From contig NC_087442.1 of the NCBI RefSeq assembly GCF_036321535.1, positions 73,594,001-73,658,000 of the forward strand: DNA of 64,000 nucleotides, read 5' to 3'. A program made the translations under genes and the position numbers. Source of the stretch: Camelus dromedarius (Eukaryota). The notes under the pieces are model-generated. The model searched no databases, was not told where the DNA came from, and saw nothing but the letters and a program-made list of their open reading frames with translations. The stretch's first letter is position 1. Every line of letters begins with the position of its first letter. Positions 47,965 through 60,549 of this stretch are shown piece after piece.

Positions 47965-49230
47965 TTATTCATCCATTTATTCATTCACTTAATAAGTATT
48001 TGTTGAGGACCTATTGTGTGCTCAGCACTGGTCTAGGTGCTAGAAATATGTCAGTAATTTAAAACAAAGTCTTTGCTTCAAGAAGCTTAGCTCCTAAGAG
48101 AAAATTAGATAAACAAAGAAATACATGCTGGAGATAAGAGTGAAGAAAAACTGAGAAGCACGGTGAAAAAAAGGAGAATGATGGGCAAGGAAGGCAGTTC
48201 TCTTTTAGAGAGTGTAGTCAGGGAGAGACATCTGTGTGAGGATCCAAAGAAAGTGAGGGGCAAGCTGTGTGTATATCCAGGAAAGAGCATTCCAGGCAGA
48301 GGGAAGGCCCTGAGGCAGGACTGCGCTTGATGTAGACAGGTAACAGCAAGGAAGCTCGTGTGTGTGGCTGACACGGAGTGGGGAGGAGGTGGAATGGTAG
48401 ACAGGGAGAGACAGATTGTTGGGGCTGCAGGGAGGCAGATGATGTAGAGTCTTACGTAGCCATGGGTCACAGGAAGGGCTATAGATTTTGCTTTTGAGTG
48501 AAATGGGAAGCCTTTTGGAGTGTTTGAGCAGAGTGACGTGATATACGATTTTAAAAGACTCACTGTGGCTGCCGTGTTGGGAATAAACTGTTGGTCAACA
48601 AGGATGGAGGTAGGCAGACAACTGAGTTTGCTTTCACAGCAATCCAACTGAGAGATGAAGGGACTGGAGAAGAATGGTGGGAGTGGAGGCAGTAAGAAAT
48701 GGATTCTGAATATATTTCAAAGGAAAAGCCATAGGATTTGCTGATGGATGGGATGCAGGGTATAAGAGAAAGAGAGGAATCACAGGCTGCAAAGTGTTTG
48801 ACCTCAGCAGCTAGGAGATCAGAGTTGCCATTCACTGACATGATGGATGTGATGGATGAAAATGCTCTTAGGGGGCTGCCAGGGGGTTCAAGAGTCCAGT
48901 TTGAGATACCTTTTAGCTTTCCAAGGGGTGATGGCTGGCCTGTGGAGGGTATTTAAAGCTGGAGCCTGAATGAGAACATTCAGGGGAGTGAGCATAAATA
49001 AAAAAGAGAAACATTCTGAGGACTGAGGACTGGGACGCTTCAACGTTAGAGTCAAGAAGAGGAAGAGTGAGCAGCAAAGGGCTAAGAAAGCACGACTTGC
49101 AAGAAAGGAGGAGAAATCATAGAAAGGGGTACTGCTGGTCTTACGAAGGAAAATGTTTCAAGGTGGAAGATGTGGACAGCTGTGTCAAGTGCTGAGTAAG
49201 ATAAGGCTGAGAAGTTAACGTTCGATTTGG
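47965..49230 (-). mobile_element. ~1.25-kb L2a fragment
   Basis: ttattcattcacttaataagtatttgttgagg...attccaggcagagggaag...gagttgccattcactgac. Confidence 0.92.
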
Positions 49231-50404
49231 CAACAGGATCAAATATTTTGAGTTAACATGACCATTCAAGTCAGTTGGAAAAAACACTCAAAAAATGTTT
49301 TTGATGTGGCTGACTAATCAGAGAAAAGTCAACATCCGTGTTCTGAACATTGGGAAGAAAAGCTTCTTTCATATTTGAACCTGTAAAGAGCATTTATCTG
49401 CACGTACTGAGATGTTATATATATTCCAAAGAGGCAAAGTGCACTTTCTCTTTTCATAATTACCCTAGGTTATCTTTATTTTCTGCTGTTCAGCTCCTGT
49501 GAGATCAACCTCTTATCACTAAAAGAAATAGCATTCCTAATTGTGCTATGTCAAAGTTAGTTCTGTGGTGGTTTCCAAAAGGAGGGGCTGTTATACTTCG
49601 TAATATTTTAGACCTCATTTCATTTAGGGCCTGTGAAGGGGGGAATGGCATTCCTTGTATCTAGGGGATTCTTGGAGAAAATGACTTTTTTCAACTCTTC
49701 ATCATAAAGTTCAAATACTATAAAAATACAAATTTAGAAACTGCAGACTCTCTTTCATCCAAAAAGTACCCCTACTCCACCCTAACCACCCCCCACACAC
49801 ATCAGTTAAATAGTCAATGTATCAATTTGTCTTATTTAAAAATATATCTGTTGGTCATTTCTAAGCATAAATGGAAGAACAGACAGAAGTTCCATAGACG
49901 GTGACAAGATATAAATGTTTGTTATTGTGATTTGATATTTACCTTTTATTTACCCTATTTTTCCCAATTTGAGGATGCCTTATATGCAAAAAAAAAAAAG
50001 GTGTATTAAGATTTGTATTTCCGCAGTCACCAATTTGAATATAAATAATTGCTATAATATACAGAAATACCAATTCAGAGAAACTACTGAGTTTTAAAAT
50101 ACTAGTCAATTTCCTTCAAAAGCAAGGATTGTATCTTATTTCCTATTTCCTTCCTCAGAGTTTGGCGTATATACTTGTTAAATTACTGTATGCTGTTATG
50201 ACATTAGGAAGAAGACAGTCATAAAACAAAATTAGAAACATGTATGTGTGCGTCAGATAATGCAGCTGAGTGTACAAAAATGGACAAAACTATTTTTCTA
50301 CTGATTTTCTTCCATCTGAGCTTTTAAAGCAACCTTAGCATCCCTCCTTTCTCTTTCTTTGCTCATGTACCAAACTTTTGCCGAAGTTGTCTTTCTTCTT
50401 TCTC

Positions 50405-50500
50405 TTTATTCATTTCACAAACATCACAGGTGCTATTCTAAACATGGGGACATCTAGTGAACAAAGTAAGTCCTCGTTCTTAGGGAGCTTACTTCTAAAT
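50405..50500 (-). mobile_element. L2 3' end
   Basis: ttattcatttcacaaacat...gtgaacaaagtaagtcctcgttcttagggagcttac. Confidence 0.6.
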
Positions 50501-50639
50501 CTGATGGGTACAGATACATCCTGAAAATTAATCCACCAACTGTGCTAGTGACATGGCTGTAAAACCTGCTATACAATGTCTTCATTCAGAAAAAAATACA
50601 GGCTTACTGGCACTGAATGACGACAAGCTCATGTAACTA

Positions 50640-50790
50640 GAATCAGCATGCCAGGTTGCTAGTATGACCTGGGCTGCTAATTCATGTGGCTACTTTGAGT
50701 GCGTCACTTGAGTTCTCTGTCCCACCAGCTCCCTGTTTATAAATTGAAAATAATCTGTAATGTCCATATCATCTCAAAAACACTACAGTT
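50640..50790 (+). mobile_element. MIR fragment
   Basis: gctactttgagtgcgtcacttgagttctctg...tttataaattgaaaataat. Confidence 0.5.
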
Positions 50791-51106
50791 CTCAGCATTT
50801 CTGTATCATGGGCTTATTTGGTTATAATCGTGCATTTATTAGTTGGGGGCCCCAAGAGAAAGGACTTGTAAAGAGTAGTTTGTTTTTCATGTGTTATCTA
50901 TAAACATATTTCCTGCCTCCTTCTAATCCACTATGGGACTTTCCTTGAGCTCACAGCCCAAAAGTTTACTAACCTTATACAAAAGTGAGCTATAGCTGAA
51001 TTTGGGATTTCGAGATGTCAAAAGGAAAGAAGGAAAAAAGTGAGGATGGTTGTAGCCAACAATTCTGAAGCTACAGGAAAATGGTAAAATTGACTATTAG
51101 GTAAAA

Positions 51107-51210
51107 TATGTTCAAGCCGTTCATACAAATTATTTTTGTTGTAGGGAGAGAATCTTATTATGTTCAATCTGTTCATACAAATTATTTTTATGTTGGTGGG
51201 GAGAAAACTT
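51107..51210. repeat. Diverged ~52-bp tandem duplication
   Basis: tatgttcaagccgttcatacaaattatttttgttgtagggagagaatctt / tatgttcaatctgttcatacaaattatttttatgttggtggggagaaaactt. Confidence 0.88.
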
Positions 51211-52339
51211 TTCTTAAAAAGTTATAAACTCAAAACTAAAATTGACCAGTATGCAATAAATTTACCAAGTAAGTTTCAAATTCCCCGATTCTATAAATCT
51301 TAAAACTTAAGTAACCAGAAAAAAAACCACACACACACATATTCCTCACTATCTGCCACTGTAGTATAATAAATTATATGTAGGAAATTACGCTGATCAT
51401 GTCAAAAAAGTGCTCTGTCCCCAGAGTGCTAGTTGCTTATGCATGAGAGCAGAAAGTTAAGTGGACTGAGTGCAATTAAAGTTCTGTGCAAGAGAATTCC
51501 TGATGGTAGACTTAGAAAATCTTGTCTTGAAGACTGTTGAATCACAGCACCTGCATGCAGGCTCTGACTTGTTGAATAAATGAATAAAATCACCTAGAGT
51601 ATTACCTTCCTATAAAACATTATAAAGTCATGTTCGCTTTTTCATATTTCAATATATGAATATATACTTTTAATGGATAAATTCTACCAAAAGTGCAAAT
51701 GAAAATAATTGCTGTTATTATACCATGTTAATGGGAGTTATGCTAATTGCCCTAAAATTTAAAGAAAATGTATTGTTTTGCTTCTCCTTCTAATTAACAT
51801 TATTTCACATTGTGTGGTACATTTATGGAGAATTTTGTAGTGCATTAGATAAATCAGTTTTACATTTCCAGGAGAGTGGGTTTTAATGAGCATTATAATA
51901 CATTTCAGTTCAGAAACAGTTTTATGTTACAAAGCATCTTCTGCTGGTAGATTGGAAAAAGTTGCACCAGAGTGACACTTCCACTTAAAATTTGGAATAA
52001 AATTTAGTGAGGGAAGTATAGATGAATTCATTTCAGCTAAATGGCTATAAATTTAGGATGAATATTGCATTTTGGCTATCTATATTTTCCCATATGTTAA
52101 AAAACTACCCAAAATGTAGATGCCAGCAATCTAAAATGAGTTTGGGGACCTGCTAAATCCCATATAGAGTACCTTGCCAGTGGCATATAAATCCCCACTC
52201 CTATGTAAAGAAAATCAAAATGAAAATGAAAACATTCCCACCATTAAATACATTCAATAGATCCACATTTGGCAAAAGATAATCTAATATTCACCATCCC
52301 AAGTGCTTATAGTTAAATTCTTCTCTCTCAGGCGTTAGA

Positions 52340-53190
52340 AACTAGCTTATGTAGCCCCACCTTTCTTCTTTACCTCTGGGTTCAAAGGAAAACTTGTAGG
52401 TGTTCTACTCAAAGACACCAACTTCACTTTACTCTTGAGGAAGCCACTCCTGTCCACTCAGGGAACTGCTCCATCCATATCCTTTTATCATGGACACCAT
52501 TATAACTTTCTTTTTCTTTGGCCACTTTACCCTTAGCCTGTAAACCTGCTGGAGTTTACACTACACTTTAAGAATCTTTTCTTAATTCTGCATTACCCTC
52601 CAGCCATGGCTCTTTCTCTTTTCTTTCATTCTCATTTAGTTTTCTTGTCCTATAGTCCATGTATGTATCTATGTATATCCCACCTTATTCCATAAATCGT
52701 TTAAGACCATTCTTCTGGGAGGAATAGGCTTTGCTTAACATCTGTACTTTCTTACCTGCCCTGCACCTCTCAACCTACTGCTTTCTGGCTTCCGTCCTCA
52801 TCCTGAAAATGCTCTAACGTTAATGTTTGTCAAATGCATATTTCTCATTTCTTCCAGAATCTCTCCTCCCCAGCTTCCAGGACACCAGTCTCTTTTAGCT
52901 GTCTCACAGTTCTGTTTCTTCTCAAACTCCTTTAATGAATCCTATTTCTCTGTCCATCCTCAAAAACTGAGATTTCCCAGATTTTGTTGTTTATAACTCT
53001 TTTGTTTTATGACCCTATAGCCTCATCGCCCATACCACAGCCATTTACATGATCTTAACGACTTCTATGGTTTTATTTCCCCTCTTAATGCCTGCCTGTG
53101 CTTCTTCATGGCCTCTAGAGAACCAGGGCCAACTCATTATCTTACATCCAAATCCTCTCATCTGGTCCAGACCAACTTCTTTAGCCACAT
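52340..53190 (+). mobile_element. Old L2 ORF2 fragment
   Basis: ctactgctttctggcttccgtcctcatcctgaaaatgctct...cttccaggacaccagtctc. Confidence 0.7.
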
Positions 53191-53197
53191 GTCACAG

Positions 53198-53315
53198 TTT
53201 CATTTCACAAATATTCATTGAGCATCTACTGTCAGACACCATTGAAGTTCTGTAATACAGCAGTGAACAAAACAGATCCAAAATTCCTGCCTTCATGAAA
53301 TTCGGATTCTTCTAG
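53198..53315 (-). mobile_element. L2a 3' end
   Basis: ttcacaaatattcattgagcatctactg...gcagtgaacaaaacaga. Confidence 0.75.
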
Positions 53316-54714
53316 CAATATACAACCATTATTTCATACTTCATTGTCATAGGAAATTATTGCTTCCTACAGGAAAAATCCCTTCTCTTTCATGTTTTAT
53401 TTTGTCTTTTCCAAACTCCTATTTATCCTTGAGAATTCAAGTCAGATGTTACTTCTTCCGGGATGACTCTCCCAGTCTCCCACATTTCCCCAGGAAGTCC
53501 TGTAAATACTTTTGTCATTTCTTCAGGTCAAGATTTTCTCTTAAGTCATGGCATTGGAGTTGCCATTATCCCTATTCAGAATTTACCAGGAGAATCCAAA
53601 AGCTATTGTACCTTCCAGGTTGAAAGATCTCTTGCCCTTTAACCAATTATAAGTGGACTGATGTGCCACCAGTTGGTCAGTGGCTCTCTGATAGTTAAGA
53701 GTCCCTGCATCATTTTCCTGGTATAGCTGAGAGGACAGTTTATTGCTCCAAACAGCCTTGCTCCCATATATTGTGAAAAAGGAATAAACTTAGTATACTA
53801 TTTTTATGTATTAAAACTGTGCTGTTAGCCTAATTATAATACAATTCTAAAAATAGATACAAATCCAGCAACACAATGACACTTTTCTTTTAACTTCTAT
53901 TTTTCATAAACTAAGGATTACCCTTTTAACATAAGATACAAGCAAGATGACATTACTCCTACATCTATGCCTATTTACCTATTTGCTCTTGTCAGAGAAG
54001 CGAATTAAATTTATGAGTTTGCTTGCCAGTTTTGTTTCAAGCTACATACTTTCCAACAGGATAGCTCAGTAATACATGATTTCTTTTTCCTTCGTTTGCT
54101 CCTCTGTGGATCTTGTCTTGTGGATCACCTTCCAACAGTGATTCCTGGTTGAAGTCTGTCTCATCCTCCCCCATTTCCACAGAGGTATTTGTCACTGTAT
54201 AGGGTCGTTTTCAGATTATATTATAACAAAGGGGTCCTCAGGATCAGAGTTCGAAATAAAACTCATTTAAAATTTTATCTATAAGAACTATATTGCAGGC
54301 TCAAAGGAGTCAAGTACTTATGCGTTAATAGCTGGACTTTCCACCACACCCTGGTTCTCAACATAGTCCAATTACAGGCTTTCCTCCACCTAAGGACCCT
54401 TCGAAGAATTGTTCTGGTTCATCAAAGGGGAAAAGATCAAGTAAGGGCAAGGAGACCTTCTGATGCCTCCAGGGAGCGGAAAGAGGGAGGACTTTGTCAT
54501 CCTAAGTTAGCAACTTGAGAAAGGTGATTTGAAGAGAGTGCCAGTAACCTACAATGGAAAAAGTCACCATATGTGTCCAGTAAACCTTTAAGGATACATA
54601 TAATTGTTACAGCGCTTGTCTGATGGAGTAAAACATTAAGAATCTGTTTCTTAATTGTAATTTTAGCTTCAAGAATTCATGACTTGAATTTCTGTTTTTA
54701 TTAAGGCTACTTTT

Positions 54715-54870
54715 CTTCCTCAGTTGTCATAACAGCTGGGCTCTTACTGGCATTTAGCGCCCGGGGCCGGGGACGTTAAAACATCCTACTTTGAAAGACA
54801 GGCATCCATGTCCAAAAATTCCATCCAGAATTCCAAGCACTAGTGTCTCTGCTGAGGAGCACCCGACTGC
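54715..54870. mobile_element. MER20-like hAT MITE fragment
   Basis: gttgtcataacagctggg...actggcatttag...ggccggggacgttaaaacatcctac. Confidence 0.65.
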
Positions 54871-55439
54871 CGTAACCAGGGCTCTTTGCCCTTGTTGCCT
54901 TGGTTCTTTTCTTTCTGCCGCTGGCAAAGCTTGCCGCCTTCTCAGGTAACCTTAGAGCTCCCCTTGCTCCTCAAAATGTGTTTGAGGACGTCCATCCTCA
55001 TTACCTCTGACACAGGCAATTTTGCCTCCCACCTCAAACGTACTGAATCATCATCTATAGTTCAACAGCATCTCCCAGGTGCTTCACATTCACATTAAAG
55101 TTAGCATCTTCAAATGTGCAGTTTGGTCTGTAGAATGGTTGATCTTGGCCTAGTGACAGAATTTCCTAATTTAATAGAAGAGATTTATACTAAATAAATT
55201 AAAACCTCCCCTAAGACTCCTTAGAAAACTTCTTGCAACAAATGTCTCTGATCTGCAGGAGTTTATAAAAATTGGTTAATGACCCTTGTGAGGCATGTGT
55301 CTTAACACACTGAAAGACTGTCTGGGGAAGGAGCAGAAGGAACCATGAGCAAGCAAACTCATGAGATAGCCAGGCACACGGAAGGGAGGTCATGCTTCAA
55401 GGGTTTTCACAGAAACTGAGAGATGCCCAGAATCTGCGC

Positions 55440-55447
55440 TGACGTCA
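55440..55447. promoter_or_regulatory. Full palindromic CRE motif TGACGTCA
   Basis: Exact motif visible. Function is unproven. Confidence 0.3.
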
Positions 55448-56295
55448 GAAGAGATCAGGAGCCTTTCAGTTGCTCCTCTTTTGTACTCAGGTAGCCCCCA
55501 AAAGTCTCAATGAATAAAACGGCCCTTTTGGATATTTTTGCTTGAGAGCTTAGAATGTAAATTTACTCCAGAAATTTAGTAAATTATTGATTAAAAATAG
55601 CCATCCAGTTGATAGTTGGAAAAATAGGAACTTCAGTTCACATATATAAAGTAAAAATTGTTTATAAGTTGCATATTTGCTGAAGAGTAGTAGCAAAACT
55701 CATATCCACCGCTTGTAAAGTGCTTACACATCATTAATTCTAACAGAGAAGTGAAACCTTGTTCCCAAAGGCGGCAGTCACTGTGCTTACCACCCCAGCC
55801 CTTTGAAAATCCTATGTTGTGCTACGAAAGTGGTTCTATTGTTATGTCAGAAAAGTAACATGAGACTCTAATTCCAAAATGTCTGAAAGTACTTTAATTC
55901 AAAACAACGCTCTCCACTGTTAGGGAGAACTTAGCAGCTCTACCTCATCAGGCATGTGGAGATGCGCAGTGTTTGGTCCCAGTGCTACTCCTGAGTCATG
56001 TGTGAAGACGTTTTTACTTGGGGAAATTAATAAGGACAAAAAGAAAAAGAATGTGTTGATTCAAGTATATGCAATTTACTTGCACTTAATTTAGGCACAT
56101 TAAACACAGCCACATTCAAGTAATGGTTTTTCTGTGTATCATCCATCCCTGTTCACTAGGTATTGGTGGATCCCTCAGAATGGTTGGGTCTGCTCTAAAT
56201 CTGTGCCTAGAATCCTAGCTTTCATCCAACGTCTTTGTCTATTTCTGCCAGAAATCAGACACTTCTCTGAGGAAGTCTACAGTGTGGCCCCTGTT

Positions 56296-57597
56296 CCTTT
56301 AGGTGGAGGCCTTGTAAGAGGTTTCCTCCCAAGGAGCCTGCTCTGTCATTGTCCCTTCCTATTAGGAACCTAGCTCACTGGTTCTCAAACAAACATTACA
56401 AGGAAAAACCATCACATGCCTCCCTAGCAGGGTGACCCAGAGCTGTCCTACCACCACGACAGCAGGGGTGCCTCCTCCTGACCAGGCACAAGGCCACACA
56501 GAGCGCTGGCCTTTTGTCCAGAGTCTATACAGAGCCCCACCTCTGGTTCCTGCCCCAGCTCAAGTGAAAGAAACCCCACCAAAGCCTGGTTTCCTTTCAG
56601 TGTGACGGCGCTGGGAGCTAACCCAGTATAGGTGTTAGGCACGCAGGCCCTGAGCTCAAATCTAGATCTTACCTTGCCCTGTGTGATCTTGGACATGTTT
56701 GTCTAAGATGTCCACAACTCCGTTTCCTTGCCTGTAAAATGTAGCAACTCGTGTGTTTGTTGTGAGGATTAAACAAGAAAGTGCACGTTGAGTGCTTGTC
56801 ACAGTGTCCGACACAGACCAGGTGCTCACTAAATCCCAGCCAGTGGGAAGTCGGGGTCGAGTCCCTGTTTACTCCTCTGCTCCACTTTTTTCCTTCAGAA
56901 TTTGGGGATAATTTGCAAAATACAGGTAATGATGGGCTGTGTAGTAGATGAGGAACTACTGGACTTATTCTACTCGGGTGAGTCATAGTCTAGCCTCAGT
57001 TGATTGGCGTTGCAAAGGGCCCCTGTGGGCACAGCCTTCCAGATGGTTCTTCTTCCTGGAAGATGCTTTTTTATAATCCAGTGTGTTAGGTAAACAAGTT
57101 TATACAGAATCTTGAGACATCTGTTATATCTGCTCTTCAGAACTGGCTGCTCATAAAGAAGAAATCATTTCTCCTGACTTTGCCTTGAATAACAAAGGCC
57201 TTAGCTACAGACTTTCACATGGGGCAGAAACAAAGATTGTTTTCCTTTTTACGTTTTATTCTCATGCAGATTATATTGAAAAAGGAGTGTGAGTTTCTTT
57301 CCTTTCCCATGAATACTTTTCTGTTTTTACTGCATTCAGGTTAAAGATTCACTACATCTACTGATATGCTAATTAACAGGTATTTTAAATGCAAACACTT
57401 GGAATTCTCAGGTTTTAAGTTTTCTGCATCTGAAAAGATTCTAAAATGCTGATTAAATGCACGGAGTCCCGGCTTGGTGTTCCTCCCCTTAGGCTGTAAG
57501 TCTTATAAAGTAGATTCCTAAGGAGCCTCTTCTGTCCTTGCCCCTCCTCTCCTGGTAGAACCCAGCTCACTGGCTCCCAAACACTAACTCAAAAAGC
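56296..57597 (+). repeat. Pair of diverged ~110-bp direct repeats (56296-56410 and 57486-57597)
   Basis: cctttagg...aaggagcctgctctgtcattgtccc...gaacctagctcactggttctcaaac versus cccttagg...aaggagcctcttctgtccttgcccc...gaacccagctcactggctcccaaac. Confidence 0.85.
56625..56835 (+). mobile_element. MIR SINE
   Basis: tgtgtgatcttggacatg...gtttccttgcctgtaaaatg...ttgtgaggattaaacaaga. Confidence 0.8.
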
Positions 57598-57750
57598 CTT
57601 TCTAGGGGATGCAATCCACAGCTTTGTTAGCATCCTTCGTGTGCTCAGAAATTCTGCTTCGCTGGGTCCAGAATTTATATTTTCTATAAACTCCAGGTCC
57701 AAAGTGATTCTGATGCTGGTGATCTTAGAAGTACAACTTTAGGAACAATG
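57568..57750. mobile_element. MER5-like hAT MITE
   Basis: cactggctcccaaac...cagaaattctgcttcgctgg...gtgattctgatgctgg...actttaggaacaatg. Confidence 0.7.
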
Positions 57751-57758
57751 ATCTAGGT

Positions 57759-58225
57759 CAGGGGTCAGCAAACTGCGAACCACCAGCCAAATTTGGTCCA
57801 CAGTCTGCTTTTGTATGCCTCTTGAGCCAAGACTAGTTTTTGAATTTTTTTCCAGCCTTATTGAGATAGAATTGACACATAGCATTGTGTAACTTTAAGG
57901 TGTACAACGTTTTGGTTTTACATATGTATATGTCGCAAAGGGATCACTACGGTAAGGTGCATTAAATCCAACGTTTACAGTTTTAAAGGTATAAGAATGT
58001 CGAAATAGGAATACTAATTTTGACATGTGAAAATTACATGCAAATCAAATTTCAGTGTCCATAAGATTTTGTTGGAACCCAGACGCACTCATTTGTTTAT
58101 GTCCTGTCTGTGACCGCTTTCTTACCAAGGTGGCGAATTGAGTCATTGCGACAGAGACCACGTAGCCTGCAAAGCCTGAAATATATACCATCTGGCCATT
58201 TACCAACAAAGTTGGCCAGCCTGTG
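57759..58225. mobile_element. MER58B hAT MITE with 8-bp TSD, interrupted by an L1 tail
   Basis: caggggtcagcaaac...aaatttcagtgtccata...aaagttggccagcctgtg. TSD ATCTAGGT (57751-57758) / GTCTAGGT (58226-58233). Confidence 0.92.
57845..57972 (-). mobile_element. L1MA9-like 3' end inside MER58B
   Basis: ttattgagatagaattgacacatagcattgtgtaactttaaggtgtacaac. Confidence 0.85.
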
Positions 58226-58499
58226 GTCTAGGTATTCATAATGACTGGTCATACCTCTTCTTAACGATTTTTTAAAGCACATGGGTAAGAAGTTGTTACA
58301 GTGCTGCTTTGGCACACCTTCCCTAGGTGACGGGGAGCAGGGGTAGTGCCCAGTGGGAGGAGGAGGGGGAATTAGCCAGGCTTTCCACACCATGTGAAGG
58401 GGAAAATGTTGTCTGTCTGGGAAGATGCATCATTTCATTAAGGAGATGGAGTTAACACACACAGAAAAAAACCAAGAAATAGCAGAAGAGGGGGTGTAT

Positions 58500-58920
58500 T
58501 TACTGAAAATATAAATCGTGCGATACAAATAAAAGCAAGAGGACTTTAGGAAAAGAATTACCTGAAGGTGAGACTGAAGATGGACAAGGATTTAAGGTTA
58601 AAGGGATGGAGAGAGGGGGAAGGGACTTCCCACACTGAACAGCTTTGTGAGCCATGAGAGCTTAGAGATGAGAAAGCCTACGGCCAGTTGGAGGGACTCT
58701 CTGGGAGCAGCCCAGCTCCAGTGAAATTTCATGCTGGGAGGTAATTGGAAATAATGTTGGGTCAGTGAAATAGACACAGATCCTGTAGAGCCTTACTGGT
58801 CCAGCGGGAGAGTCAGGACTTGCTTTGATGGGTAATTGATGAACAAATGTAGATGTTTCATCAGGGAATTATATGATGAACATGTGTTAGGAAAATGACT
58901 CTGGCAACAATGTGGAATTA
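58500..58920 (-). mobile_element. L2b/c fragment
   Basis: gatcctgtagagccttactgg...aggaaaatgactctggcaacaatgtggaa. Confidence 0.6.
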
Positions 58921-59892
58921 AATTCAGAAAAAATAAGAGAAAAAAAGTAGCTAAGAAGTCTATTTTTATTTTTAAATGAATATTCAGAGAGTTGTACTTT
59001 TATAGCCCTTTTTACACCAACTGTACAAGAAAAGAATAGGAACACCAAAATTGTGCAGAATGGTGGAAGCCTTAAATAGACGTATGCCCTAAACTTTTCT
59101 TCAAGATCTTTTAAGTCTCTTTTAATAATACTGCCCCACAAAATATCTATAATCAAACTAAAGTCTGACTTTAAAACCCATGCATTTAATCATGCCTTTC
59201 CAGGCCCTGCCATTATTGGCGTTTGCATCTCCTTATTTACAGAAGGCTCAGTTCTTTGTTCCCATAACCTTGTTGTGTAAACATCCAGTGAAATTCTTGT
59301 TCTGATAACAGTGTCATCCTGACTGTACATTTAGCTAACAGTTTTTTCCATTGAGAAGCCATTTGTATGTTTGTAAACCTCACAGAGAAAGACACACACA
59401 CAAGCTTTTTTTGTTTGTTTAATTATTTTACCTGGCAGAAAAAGGTAGTTCCCTCTAAAGTTTATAATGGCAACTATTCAAAGACAGACTGTGATATTAC
59501 ACAGTAGTTTAACAGGGGAAGTATAATTTCAATGGTGGGAGACATTCGTGTAGGCAGAAGCAATTACTCAAATTGGACTTTGGCCAGAACATCTGAATTA
59601 ACTGAGAAAGGTCTCTTTCCCTGGCAGGGGCATTGGATCACTAATGAGCATGAATGTGAAGTCCCAGCTTTAAGTTGGTGTAGGGCTCAGGTATAAAATT
59701 CAAATAAGGGAAATGATGCCTTGTATTTTGTCTATAACCAATTAATTTGCCTACCATGCCAAAGTCTTTGTGAGAAGTTCTTGCTAACCCCTTATGTTTT
59801 TAAAAATACATTTGTACACTTCATCCCATTGTTCTCTGACAGACAGTTAACTCAGAACGCCTGAGGCTCAGGCAGGACCTCGGCACCAGACA

Positions 59893-59908
59893 ACGCTAGG
59901 GGGCACCA
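59893..59908 (+). promoter_or_regulatory. CTCF core motif
   Basis: ACGCTAGGGGGCACCA versus consensus CC(A/G)C(C/T)AG(G/A)(G/T)GGC(A/G)C: one mismatch at position 1. CpGs are retained nearby. Confidence 0.6.
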
Positions 59909-59936
59909 TTCGCAAAGAATCTATGTCCCAGACCTG

Positions 59937-60205
59937 TGGGTGTTAATCAGAGTATAGCCCGTGGACCGGTATTGTCCAGAAACTGTTGTCACCAGTGCTC
60001 AAAAAAGGATGTAAGAAATTGAGAGTAAGCATTTAAAACTTTTATAGCAAATTAGCTCAAGTAATTTTATGTTTATTGAATCCAATAGTTTTTTATTGGG
60101 GCTTGTGTTTTTTATTTTAATTTAATAATTTTTTCAAGTGTTGGCTCTTGGTGGCACACTTAAAAAAAAAATGATCATTTGTCAGAGATAATTTGAGAAG
60201 CACTG
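59937..60205. mobile_element. hAT-Charlie MITE (MER119/Charlie7-like)
   Basis: cccgtggaccgg...gaaattgagagtaagcatttaaaacttttatagcaa...agataatttgagaagcactg. Confidence 0.75.
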
Positions 60206-60549
60206 TCTTATCTTAGACTGTCTATCATGTGAGAAGTGCCCGCAGGAGCTGTTCAGTGTGGCTGCAGGTGCAGCAACTAAGGTCTGCCATGTTGACATTC
60301 AAAGGACTAAAAGAATTTTTATTTACCTAGAAATAATTTAATTATGTGGAGGGGAGTGGGCTATGGTGAAATGAAGCCCATGCCCAGAATGCTTTATAGA
60401 TCAGGGTGTTGGGGAAGAAACTGGCCTCTCTCTGGCTGGCCCTCATCAAATATGGATTTGTTTTTGACTCTGTCTCTCCCCATCTAGTTAGGCTGTTGCG
60501 CCATAGGAACTGTGCCCTAAAATAGCTCTACTTCTAAAACTCTGGGGTG

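Noticed and set aside
48105-48647. Longest non-MAGI2 ORF (180 aa, minus strand)
   Set aside because: It lies entirely within the decayed L2a 3' region and has no domain features. It is a chance open frame.
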